DNA from: a virus
IMG/VR virus record: IMGVR_UViG_3300031841_005424
Coordinates: 14,586 to 78,585 of that record
Direction: 5' to 3' (one strand)
DNA: 64,000 bases
Position 1 is the stretch's first letter, and each line of letters opens with the position of its first letter. The position numbers were made by a program, and so were the translations under genes. Shown piece by piece: positions 38,398 through 46,999 of this stretch. The notes below the pieces were generated by a model that was given only the letters and a program-made list of their open reading frames with translations, searched no databases and was not told where the DNA came from.

Positions 38398-41300
38398 TTA
38401 GGCCTTAATGTACTTGACAACAACCTCATCTGCAGCCACTAGGCTGTTTGCACCAGCGAGTGAGAGGGTTGTGTTGCCTGTACCGCCAAGAGCGTAATCG
38501 TAGTCCTGCGACTGCATCATACCATTGACGAATACGAAAACAGATCCTGTAGAAGCAGGTGCCTGTGAAAGGGTACCAACAGTACCACTAACTGCGACGT
38601 CAGAGCCAGTGAAGCGGTCCTCGATTGAAAGAATCGACATAACGCCACTTGAAACCTGAAGACCGTCACCAGCCTGGAAGCTGGAGATATCATCAATGCT
38701 CTCAAGCTGATGGGTGCTGCCATCAGAATCCAACATCAAGAACTTGTCGCCAGAGGCAACCGCAACATCACTGTACTCGGAAATGTCAAGCTCAAGTGCG
38801 CCACTCGAAGCAGCAATACCGTCTCCTGCGATAGCAGTAGCGTAGTCAGCCAAGCTCTCCTTCTTGGTGCTGTTGTCTGTAGCATCAACAAACAAGAAGC
38901 TGTCAGCCGATGCGTCAACGTCTGCTGCTGAAATTTCGTTGAAATCTACAGCGAGAACACCACTAGAAGCACTAAGACCGTCACCAGCAGCTGCGGTCAT
39001 GATGTCTGCAATGCTCTCCTTCTTTGTGCTGTTGTCTGTAGCGTCAATGATAGCAACACTGTCAGCGCCGACATCAACAGCTGCAGCAGCAAGATCATTG
39101 AGATCCAAGTTGACATCGTCGGCATTAACCGAAAGACCACCGTTGCTAGCATTAACAACAGCAAGAACACCACTAGAAGCAACAAGACCGGCGCCTGCCT
39201 GGAAGCTAGAAATGTCATCAATGCTTTCAAGCTGATGAGTGCTGCCGTCAGAGTCGAGCATCAAGAACTTGTCGCCCGAAGCAACTGCGACGTCGCTGTA
39301 CTCAGATATATCAAGCTCTAGTGCGTGAGAGCTAAGTGCCAAACCATCACCAGCAATGCCAGAAGCCAACTGAACTTCGTCAGAAGCAATCTGGAAAGAA
39401 GTGCTGTTTGCCTGAACTGCAAGAACACCACTGGAAGCTGCAAGAGCGTCACCAGCCATGAAAGTGGCGATATCATCAATGCTTTCCTTCTTGGTGCTGT
39501 CATCAGTTGCATCGTGGAAGACAAACTTGTCACCAGAAGCAACAGAAGCATCAGAAATCTCAGAAGCGTCCATCGAGAGAACACCGCTAGAGGCAGCAAG
39601 ACCATCACCAGCCATGAAGGTGGCGATATCATCGATGCTTTCCTTCTTAGTGGTGTCATCAGTTGCGTCATGGAAGACGAACTTGTCGCCAGAAGCAACA
39701 GCTGCATCGGAAATCTCAGATGCATCAACCGAGAGAACACCAGAAGAGTGCGCCAAACCGTTACCTGCAACATCGCTGGTAACCTTTGCAGAACCAGATG
39801 CAGAAAGCATATCAGCGCCGTCAAACTTAACAACCTGGCCGGAAGCCATGTTGAGGTGATCGGAAAGATCCCAAGAATCAACACCGTCATAGAGGAACGA
39901 AGCCAACTCGCTTCCGCCCTCTCCCGCAATGTTGATGCCGGCACCGCCGGCAGCTGCAATCTGGCTGTCGTTCGAACCTGAAGCAAGAACCATTGCCTTA
40001 TCGGCGATTGCTACGACAGTAGAATCAACAGTTGTCGTCGTACCCTGAACTGTTAGGTCACCGCTCAAAGTAAGATCGGTAAATTGTGGGCTGTCGCCAG
40101 TACCGAGACCCAAGCTTGTACGAGCAGTGTTGCCGCTCTCATAAGCGAAAGCGCCAGCACCAGTAGCAACGATAAACTCACCGTCAGCTGAAGCGGCGCC
40201 GAGGCTGTCGAGGTCTTCTAGAACACCGTCAACAGCGAACTGTCCACCAGAAGCAACAATACCGGTACCGGAAGCCATGGCAGAAGCTAGGTCTGCAATG
40301 CTTTCCTTCTTGGTGCTGTTGTCTGTTGCATCAATGATAGCGATGCTGTCAGCAGAAGCATCAACTGCAGCTGCAGCAAGATCATTAAGGTCAATGTTAA
40401 TGTCATTAGCATTAACAGAAAGACCACCATTAGTGGCATTGACAACAGCCATAACTGCCGAAGAAGCAGTCATACCAGCACCTGCGAATAGGGCTGCGAT
40501 ATCGTCAATGCTTTCCAACTGCTCGGTTGATCCATCGGAATCAAGAACAAGCAATTTGTCGCCCGAAGCGATCTGAACATCGGAGTATTCAGAAAGATCA
40601 AGACTCATAACACCACTGGAAGCAGCAAGACCTGCTCCAGCGAGGCCGGCAGCTACGTCGTCATTCAACATAGCGTCCTGAACAGCGTCATTGGCGATAG
40701 TAAGAGCACCACCAGCTGCGATTGTTGCGTCACCGGAAACATTTCCGAAGACTGCGTCCTCGAAGTCACTAAAAGTGATCTTCTTAGGAAGGTTGCTCGA
40801 GTCTGCATCTGCGAATGCAAGAACGTCAGTCTGAGCGATTGATGCGGCCGAAAGACCGGCAAGGTCAAGAACAAGTGCGGACTTAGCATCCGCCGAACCC
40901 GACAAACCACCTGACCCTGAAAGGGCAATCTGTCTTGCTGAAATTTGTAGTCGCTTAGCCATTGCGTTTCCTCCTCCAGATTCGGCTGCTCCGCCGGAAA
41001 AACTGGTTATAGATAGGTTAGTTGTACTCGATGACTCAACATCACTGCTGTACTTCACCGAGGTTATTGTTGTGTTACCTGCTGTACCGTGATTATCATT
41101 AGTTAAACTTAACGTGCCAGCACTTGCTACCGCTGTTATCTGAATAGGCATGCTATTAATGATATCAGCAAGATATGCGGCCATGGCTGTTTCAGAGCCA
41201 GATGTAGAGTTGCCTGGTCCATACATTCGTATGTCAGTTGAGTTGTTTTGGATCGAATACACAGGCTCGTCAGGGGCGCTAATCTTTGCAGTAACATACC

Positions 41301-42027
41301 CTGCACCGGTACCTGTTGTTATGTGATTCCAGAAAACATCCTTACTTGTGTTTGACCAGGAGCCAGATGCTCTCTTTAGTCTTACCATCATAGGAGCCTT
41401 TGAGATACCGTTTGATTCTGCACCAATTTGCAGATACGTGGTACTCAAGACTCTGAGGTAGGTAGAAGCATGAAGGCTCATATCTCCATCTGTTCTAGCC
41501 TGCTGTAGAATATACAGCATCTCATTAGTGAAAGTCCCTGCCGCAAGTCCTGCTCCACTACTGCCGTAGGTGTTAAGCTCGTACTCGCCAGAAGAAACCT
41601 TTCGAGAATGTGTTGCATTTGTGACGTCTGCAGTAAAGCTGGACGTATTAACAAATGTGACATTAACTGTGTTTCCATCATAGTCTTTAAATTCTAGAAC
41701 TGCAGGTGTTGAACCGCCAGTAGAAATATCCTGAAAAAAGGATGCATCTTGGCTCGCTGCTCCAAAATTTAGATACAAATAAGCAACATGATTTGCATTG
41801 GTTGTGTCATTACCATAAATTGTAACAACCTTTGACGCATTGCCGTTAAAGATGTTGTTATTGTTCGATGTACCTAGGGCTGCTTGGTCTCCCAATGCAC
41901 TACCAACAGTTTGCCCCATATAAAATGTGACTTGACTGTGGCCGTTGCCCTGTCCATCATCAATGGTAATTCTTGCATGTCGCTCAGGTATGCCTGTAAA
42001 GACTATTTGTCCTGTTGCTTTTGCCAT
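38398..42027 (-). CDS. Large repeat-rich virion fibre protein
   Basis: Many ~50-aa repeats (D...STKKESI.D....AGDGL.ASSGVL); structural-module context. Confidence 0.75.
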   Translation of the reverse strand: MAKATGQIVFTGIPERHARITIDDGQGNGHSQVTFYMGQTVGSALGDQAALGTSNNNNIFNGNASKVVTIYGNDTTNANHVAYLYLNFGAASQDASFFQDISTGGSTPAVLEFKDYDGNTVNVTFVNTSSFTADVTNATHSRKVSSGEYELNTYGSSGAGLAAGTFTNEMLYILQQARTDGDMSLHASTYLRVLSTTYLQIGAESNGISKAPMMVRLKRASGSWSNTSKDVFWNHITTGTGAGYVTAKISAPDEPVYSIQNNSTDIRMYGPGNSTSGSETAMAAYLADIINSMPIQITAVASAGTLSLTNDNHGTAGNTTITSVKYSSDVESSSTTNLSITSFSGGAAESGGGNAMAKRLQISARQIALSGSGGLSGSADAKSALVLDLAGLSAASIAQTDVLAFADADSSNLPKKITFSDFEDAVFGNVSGDATIAAGGALTIANDAVQDAMLNDDVAAGLAGAGLAASSGVMSLDLSEYSDVQIASGDKLLVLDSDGSTEQLESIDDIAALFAGAGMTASSAVMAVVNATNGGLSVNANDINIDLNDLAAAAVDASADSIAIIDATDNSTKKESIADLASAMASGTGIVASGGQFAVDGVLEDLDSLGAASADGEFIVATGAGAFAYESGNTARTSLGLGTGDSPQFTDLTLSGDLTVQGTTTTVDSTVVAIADKAMVLASGSNDSQIAAAGGAGINIAGEGGSELASFLYDGVDSWDLSDHLNMASGQVVKFDGADMLSASGSAKVTSDVAGNGLAHSSGVLSVDASEISDAAVASGDKFVFHDATDDTTKKESIDDIATFMAGDGLAASSGVLSMDASEISDASVASGDKFVFHDATDDSTKKESIDDIATFMAGDALAASSGVLAVQANSTSFQIASDEVQLASGIAGDGLALSSHALELDISEYSDVAVASGDKFLMLDSDGSTHQLESIDDISSFQAGAGLVASSGVLAVVNASNGGLSVNADDVNLDLNDLAAAAVDVGADSVAIIDATDNSTKKESIADIMTAAAGDGLSASSGVLAVDFNEISAADVDASADSFLFVDATDNSTKKESLADYATAIAGDGIAASSGALELDISEYSDVAVASGDKFLMLDSDGSTHQLESIDDISSFQAGDGLQVSSGVMSILSIEDRFTGSDVAVSGTVGTLSQAPASTGSVFVFVNGMMQSQDYDYALGGTGNTTLSLAGANSLVAADEVVVKYIKA
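38640..40870 (-). repeat. Degenerate ~50-aa coding repeats in the fibre gene
   Basis: Recurring DATDNSTKKESIAD / DSDGSTHQLESIDD / AGDGL units with near-identical DNA copies. Confidence 0.85.
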
Positions 42028-42109
42028 TTAAAATCCTCCTGTTTTTGTTTTACACAGGCTGACTGTTATATTATGTGATTAAATAAAATGGTAAGGTAAG
42101 ATTAGTAAA

Positions 42110-42535
42110 TTAGTCTTTATTAAAAATAACTTTTTCACTTTCGCTGGTCGGTAACTGAACTGAATATCCCTCTGAGGGGATTCCGTACTCTAATCGAAGA
42201 GAGTCTAATTCCTGATAGAAACCTTTTGTTGCTTCAGAGATTTCTTGTAGTAGCTGTCTCTTTCTTGATTCATAAGTAAGAACGAGATCTGCTATTGCAG
42301 TTTTTGATTTATTAACTCGCTCAAATTTCTCAAACAATACTCGAGACTCTTCCTCGGTACACTCTAAATAGTGTGAATCAGCCTCAACTTCCTCATTTTC
42401 TTCGTCGTGAAGTGGGGTTTCTTCTAAGTCCTCAGGATCTGAAGATATTATTTGATCTTCCTCTATTTCTGTCTCTTTTTTTGATTCACTTTCCATTGCT
42501 TCTACAAGATCTTTTAATTTATCTAAAATACTCAT
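42110..42535 (-). CDS. Hypothetical acidic coiled-coil protein
   Basis: 141 aa; C-terminus similar to that of 42863..43234. Confidence 0.7.
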   Translation of the reverse strand: MSILDKLKDLVEAMESESKKETEIEEDQIISSDPEDLEETPLHDEENEEVEADSHYLECTEEESRVLFEKFERVNKSKTAIADLVLTYESRKRQLLQEISEATKGFYQELDSLRLEYGIPSEGYSVQLPTSESEKVIFNKD

Positions 42536-42553
42536 GTGTATGTTTTTCTCCCA

Positions 42554-42793
42554 TTATGAAAAAAGAATTTTCTTAAGATTCCTAACATTATTATCAAACT
42601 TACAAAAATCAGACTCTAAAAATTCTAGAGACTTAATTTTGCATTCTTCATTCGAGTCTTCGAACTGAAAGATAAACTTGCCCGTTTCGGCTCTCTTGCA
42701 AGTAACCAGCTTAAAGCCCTGTAATTGCAAATAGGCAGCAATACCAATGTCGCTAGTTGTGAAAAGCTTAATGTTATCTTGTGTATCCGACAT
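42554..42793 (-). CDS. DUF5659-like small protein
   Basis: FTTSDIGIAAYL...G.FIFQFE pattern. Confidence 0.6.
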   Translation of the reverse strand: MSDTQDNIKLFTTSDIGIAAYLQLQGFKLVTCKRAETGKFIFQFEDSNEECKIKSLEFLESDFCKFDNNVRNLKKILFS

Positions 42794-42862
42794 CTATTTA
42801 CCCTCCAATATCTTTATACGTACAAGATAAATAGAAGTTCCGTATTGATATCGCCAGGTGTT

Positions 42863-43234
42863 TTACTCTTTTCTAACGAAATAGCCCTTTTCGCCAGAAC
42901 TTGCCGGAAGCTTAAGTTCGTAAGTAAGATTTTCATCAATATTTAGACTATTTTGAAGCTTCTGAGCCATAGAGTATAGGTCTGCTTGACCGTAAATGAT
43001 TTGATTCATTAGGTTTGCCTTGTTTTTCTCGAATTGGAGGCACATATTTGAGAAATATGTCTCAAGATTCTCAAGACGGGCCTTGAATTCAAAAACTGGC
43101 TGTACGTTTTCCCAATCAACCTCAATGATTTCGCCAGTTTGAGAAGTATTTGTGTTTTCTGCTGTTTCTGTTGTTTCTGTTGTTTCTGTTGTGCTTTCGC
43201 TTACGGGAAGCTTCTTTTTTGTTGCTTTGGCCAT
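42863..43234 (-). CDS. Hypothetical coiled-coil protein
   Basis: 123 aa, TTE repeats, own sigma70-like promoter. Confidence 0.7.
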   Translation of the reverse strand: MAKATKKKLPVSESTTETTETTETAENTNTSQTGEIIEVDWENVQPVFEFKARLENLETYFSNMCLQFEKNKANLMNQIIYGQADLYSMAQKLQNSLNIDENLTYELKLPASSGEKGYFVRKE

Positions 43235-43270
43235 TGCTTAATGCTCCTTTTAGTGTTTTAGCCTGTTAAT

Positions 43271-43299
43271 AATATATCACACCAAAAGAATATTTTCAA
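43271..43299 (-). promoter_or_regulatory. sigma70-like promoter inside the structural region
   Basis: TTGAAA-17-TATATT. Confidence 0.55.
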
Positions 43300-44519
43300 C
43301 CTTTTATGTAAGTAATTCGCACCACATCGCTTGGATCTAAGTCATATTGAAAAACAATCTGATTTGAGCCTTGCACCACATAATCGTTTGTTGCCCCAAG
43401 CGCTTGAATCACACCGTTAACAGTTACAGTCTCCGTGTTCGACCTAATGTCATGAATAGTTGTAAAAGTCCTCTTATCACCTGGTAGCGCTTCGTCCTCC
43501 TCCTTTAGCACCTCGTTTATAGAAAACCTAGAAGCCATTTCTGATGCCAGATTATCAGTTGTGACCACGTTTGCAGAAACATTGGCGCCTCCGCCAGTAC
43601 CACTCGTGCTGAAAAAACTAGCAGCTGGAGCATTACCCAAGATATAGGGCGACATCAACAAAGAAGCTAATACCTCTTCCGGAACCCCTGCAAGGCCATA
43701 GTATGCCCCGTATTCATGTTCTGGAATCTCTCCTAAAGTAATTCTTTCTCTTGGTATCTTTATCTCCACTGCGTTCTCTCTTATTGCATAGTGGGGCTTT
43801 TCTCTGTTCTTACCCTCTCCCACAATATAACCTATTACCTTAAGACTTATCTTGGTCTCAAATTTCCGTTCATCGGATGAAAAATCATTTAAGTTGTCAT
43901 TAGAAGTAAAATCAGGCTGAATAAATCCTTCATATTTATGATCTTTTTCAGTCAAAGTAACAAAGTTAATGGTTCCAGGCTTTGTTATAAAAGGTGTCAT
44001 CAGGTCATTCATTTGCTGCTGGTATTCTGTTCTTAAGGTTATCTCATAAGTCACCTCAACGTTTACCGGCATAGGAACCGAAACGGTTCTATATACAACC
44101 TTTGGATTAGGGCCTGGGTAGTTTTTCTGACCATAAAGCCTAAGAGCATCAGCGTTAGCAAATTTAAGCGTCTTTTGTTGGAATATTGTTCTCGTGATAT
44201 TTAGAGCGCCGCCTTTGTCATCTTGGTTCTCCGGAACATTACCCTGGAACACACCTGGACTTTGTCTTGATTTAACAAAGTTTGTTCTGCGTATCGAAAT
44301 AATAGGCAACACTAATAAACCTTGCTGGTCTCTTATCTCCTTGTTACTCTTTACTTGGAAGGCTCTTTCTGCGGTACCCCAAATAACTGGTACTGGCTTG
44401 AAACCTTTGTTAGTAAGAGTCGATAAATTGAGTGATTCTACAAAATTTAAAACAGACTGATCTATCGTTTCTATAGTGGAGACTTCAAAATGTACTTTTT
44501 TATCAACTGTTTCTGACAT
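43296..44519 (-). CDS. Tail terminator / sheath stabiliser (gp15-like) with an extra C-terminal beta domain
   Basis: VPVIWG..ER, LPIISIRR, PVNVEVTYEI; follows the neck genes. Confidence 0.7.
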   Translation of the reverse strand: MSETVDKKVHFEVSTIETIDQSVLNFVESLNLSTLTNKGFKPVPVIWGTAERAFQVKSNKEIRDQQGLLVLPIISIRRTNFVKSRQSPGVFQGNVPENQDDKGGALNITRTIFQQKTLKFANADALRLYGQKNYPGPNPKVVYRTVSVPMPVNVEVTYEITLRTEYQQQMNDLMTPFITKPGTINFVTLTEKDHKYEGFIQPDFTSNDNLNDFSSDERKFETKISLKVIGYIVGEGKNREKPHYAIRENAVEIKIPRERITLGEIPEHEYGAYYGLAGVPEEVLASLLMSPYILGNAPAASFFSTSGTGGGANVSANVVTTDNLASEMASRFSINEVLKEEDEALPGDKRTFTTIHDIRSNTETVTVNGVIQALGATNDYVVQGSNQIVFQYDLDPSDVVRITYIKG

Positions 44520-45003
44520 TGAACAAGCCCTCTCTAGCTCTTACGCATGTTGCTGCAATTTCAAAACTTGATTCTACTTGACCGAACAGCCATTTTGGCT
44601 CCTCAAGGGTTAAAATCTCATACATGTGTTCGCCATATTGTATAAAATCACCTTCTCGAACAAAAAGATCTTGATCTTCTGTTAATCTCCTTTTATGGAA
44701 GGCAACAGATATCTTCTCAACCCTATCAACACCTAGAGGTGTCGTAGTCGTTGTTTGTGACTGATATTTAACCATCGCGTAGACTCTGATTGGGTCCAAA
44801 AAAGATTTATCGATCGATTCTCCATAAAGCTTATGGAATTTTGTATGTTCCAGACTTATTGGATAATATACTATAGTCTGGCCGATTACTCTTTCAATGA
44901 CCTCATCATTAACCTGCTTTACAAAGTCCTTTTCCTTTTTGCCAGTAAATAATGGCGGGGGAGGACTTGCAGGTTGTGACCATCTGTTGTCGTCGCTTGC
45001 CAT
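44503..45003 (-). CDS. Neck / head-closure protein (gp14-like)
   Basis: LYGES..K.F, REGDFI; position after gp13-like gene. Confidence 0.75.
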   Translation of the reverse strand: MASDDNRWSQPASPPPPLFTGKKEKDFVKQVNDEVIERVIGQTIVYYPISLEHTKFHKLYGESIDKSFLDPIRVYAMVKYQSQTTTTTPLGVDRVEKISVAFHKRRLTEDQDLFVREGDFIQYGEHMYEILTLEEPKWLFGQVESSFEIAATCVRAREGLFNVRNS

Positions 45004-45008
45004 TTATA

Positions 45009-46268
45009 TTACCCCACAAAAATATAGTTTGGAATCTTCTGGACTGTCTTTTCTGCATTTTCCAACATTGTTGAGTCTCTCTCAGATAATTTAAGATAAG
45101 TTAATTCCGACAATGTGGTCTTCAACTCTTCTCTTAATTTCTGTTGCTCATCTTTTGCCTCAGCCAATAGGGCTGGGCCGTTTAGAGTAACCTGCTCGCC
45201 GGGGATTGGCACCGTCCCGAACTTGGACCTTACTTGGCCCAAAATCTCCTTGCAGAGGGCCAATGCGAACCTTCGAATCCACTGTTTACCTATTGCGTTG
45301 ATACTAACAAATGGTATATTACCAATCGGAAGAGTGTTCATGTTATTGACACCATCTTGCGCAGGATCATCACCTTCCCAAACATCCTCAGGGATCGAAA
45401 AATCAACCCACATCTTTGTTGGGCCACCAGTATATGGTATCGGGAACAATCTTAACTTATTGTTCTTCAGCTCATAAGAAAAATGAGACATCCTTGTGTA
45501 TATCGCGTCCTCAAAAGCCATGGCTTGTGCTTTGTTGTGCCAAGCTGGAATCAGCTGAAAAGTCGAATCATCAGAGAACTGGCCATAATTATGCAAGTTA
45601 CCCACGACGTTTAAGCCACCATAATACCCAAAGAACCGCCACATGGCGTGAGGTGTCTTATAATACACCTTCTTAACAAGAATCTTTTTATCACCAACAG
45701 ACCCGGAAAATTCTGTACTGGTTGATATTATGTCTTGCAGATCATAATCTTGCTTTCCCGTTTCAATATTAACACTGGCAGAGAACTGTATAGAGTTCTT
45801 TAGTCCGATGTCTGCGCTTACGCCCTCTGTGGTTCTCCTTGACATCCCATAATCAAATCTAGGATATTTTAAGGCGACATGTTTGCCTCCCAGAGAGGAA
45901 GATAGAGAGCCAGACATTATATTGCCCTTAGAATCAAAACTACCTGTTGTGCTTCCTAGGGCATCTGAAAGCATGTTTGTTGCTTGGTGGACGTTTATTA
46001 GATAAGAATATTCCAATACAGCTTCTTCATATGCTGCATAAACATTTCCTTCTGTGATCTCTAGATCAAGAACATCGCCTCCAAGCTTTTTATATACGTA
46101 AGATACTTGATCTACCGCGCCGGATAAGAATTCGGAAGAATAAAGCGGAGCAGTGTCGTCTGAATAAATCTTATATGGCAGCGCATCATTAACATTCGAT
46201 ATAGTGCCCGTCACAGGCAGCACTACTGCAGAGAGCGTGCTGACTGGGGTCAGAGTAGGTAAAGACAT
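45009..46268 (-). CDS. Neck protein (gp13-like head-tail adaptor)
   Basis: LGGDVLDLEI, WIRRFALALCKEILGQVRSKF...VTLNG. Confidence 0.85.
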   Translation of the reverse strand: MSLPTLTPVSTLSAVVLPVTGTISNVNDALPYKIYSDDTAPLYSSEFLSGAVDQVSYVYKKLGGDVLDLEITEGNVYAAYEEAVLEYSYLINVHQATNMLSDALGSTTGSFDSKGNIMSGSLSSSLGGKHVALKYPRFDYGMSRRTTEGVSADIGLKNSIQFSASVNIETGKQDYDLQDIISTSTEFSGSVGDKKILVKKVYYKTPHAMWRFFGYYGGLNVVGNLHNYGQFSDDSTFQLIPAWHNKAQAMAFEDAIYTRMSHFSYELKNNKLRLFPIPYTGGPTKMWVDFSIPEDVWEGDDPAQDGVNNMNTLPIGNIPFVSINAIGKQWIRRFALALCKEILGQVRSKFGTVPIPGEQVTLNGPALLAEAKDEQQKLREELKTTLSELTYLKLSERDSTMLENAEKTVQKIPNYIFVG

Positions 46269-46332
46269 TCATTGTCCCTCGCTAAATATAGTTATTCAAT
46301 ATAACTAGTATTTGAGGCTGGCAAATGGCTGA

Positions 46333-46716
46333 CTAGTCTGTTTTTGTTTTGGTAGTGCGGCGTTTACGAGCTGTAGTCTTCTTAGTCGTGGTAGTTTTTT
46401 TAGTTGTTAGCTTCTTTGTTACGGCCTTCTTGAGGCCATTTGGCTTATTGTTCGAAGTTGTTTCGACTTGCTGTAGCTGCAATTCAGGCTCTAAAACTAC
46501 TGTAGGAGAATCCTCTTTTATGTTCTCTGGTTCTTTGTTTTTAACAACAATGATATCGGATTTGCTTTCTTCTATTAGGTCTTTTGTTGTGACAATTTCC
46601 ATACCAGATGAGGTGTCCTCTATGTTTGTAGAACTTTCTTTTGATTGTTCTAATCCAATGTTTTGCCTTAAAGTAGCAAATTTCTTTTTAAGTAGTCTGC
46701 GCTTTTTCTTTCCCAC
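46333..46716 (-). CDS. Hypothetical Lys/Thr-rich basic protein
   Basis: GTG start after GGAG; KKTT repeats. Confidence 0.6.
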   Translation of the reverse strand: MGKKKRRLLKKKFATLRQNIGLEQSKESSTNIEDTSSGMEIVTTKDLIEESKSDIIVVKNKEPENIKEDSPTVVLEPELQLQQVETTSNNKPNGLKKAVTKKLTTKKTTTTKKTTARKRRTTKTKTD

Positions 46717-46718
46717 GG

Positions 46719-46886
46719 TTACTCCTTTTCGTCTTCGTCTTCATGAGGGCAAGGCTCCTCTTCGCATTCATGCTCCTCAGCAGCAGGCGCCTCTTTCACA
46801 ACCGGCTCAGGTGCTCTTCTAATCAATCCGTTCAATTTTTCTGCAAGTCTTTGCAGAAATCTCATCTTCTTTTTCTTGACCGCCAT
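46719..46886 (-). CDS. 55-aa protein missing from the ORF track (MAVKKKKMRF...EDEDEKE)
   Basis: GGAGG SD, ATG at 46886, TAA at 46719-46721, late motif at 46916-46923. Confidence 0.75.
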   Translation of the reverse strand: MAVKKKKMRFLQRLAEKLNGLIRRAPEPVVKEAPAAEEHECEEEPCPHEDEDEKE

Positions 46887-46915
46887 TTTGAATATCCTCC
46901 ATTCAGGCTATGTAT

Positions 46916-46923
46916 TAAATAGT
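46916..46923 (-). promoter_or_regulatory. Putative late-promoter motif
   Basis: ACTATTTA just downstream of the capsid terminator. Confidence 0.65.
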
Positions 46924-46928
46924 TCTTC

Positions 46929-46959
46929 AAAAAAGAAAAGCCCCGCACAAGGCGGGGCT
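46929..46959 (-). terminator. Intrinsic terminator after the major capsid gene
   Basis: AGCCCCGC-5 nt-GCGGGGCT followed by TTTCTTTTTT. Confidence 0.88.
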
Positions 46960-46999
46960 CAACTCAATAGATTTCTCTATTACTTGTTATTGGGCGCTA

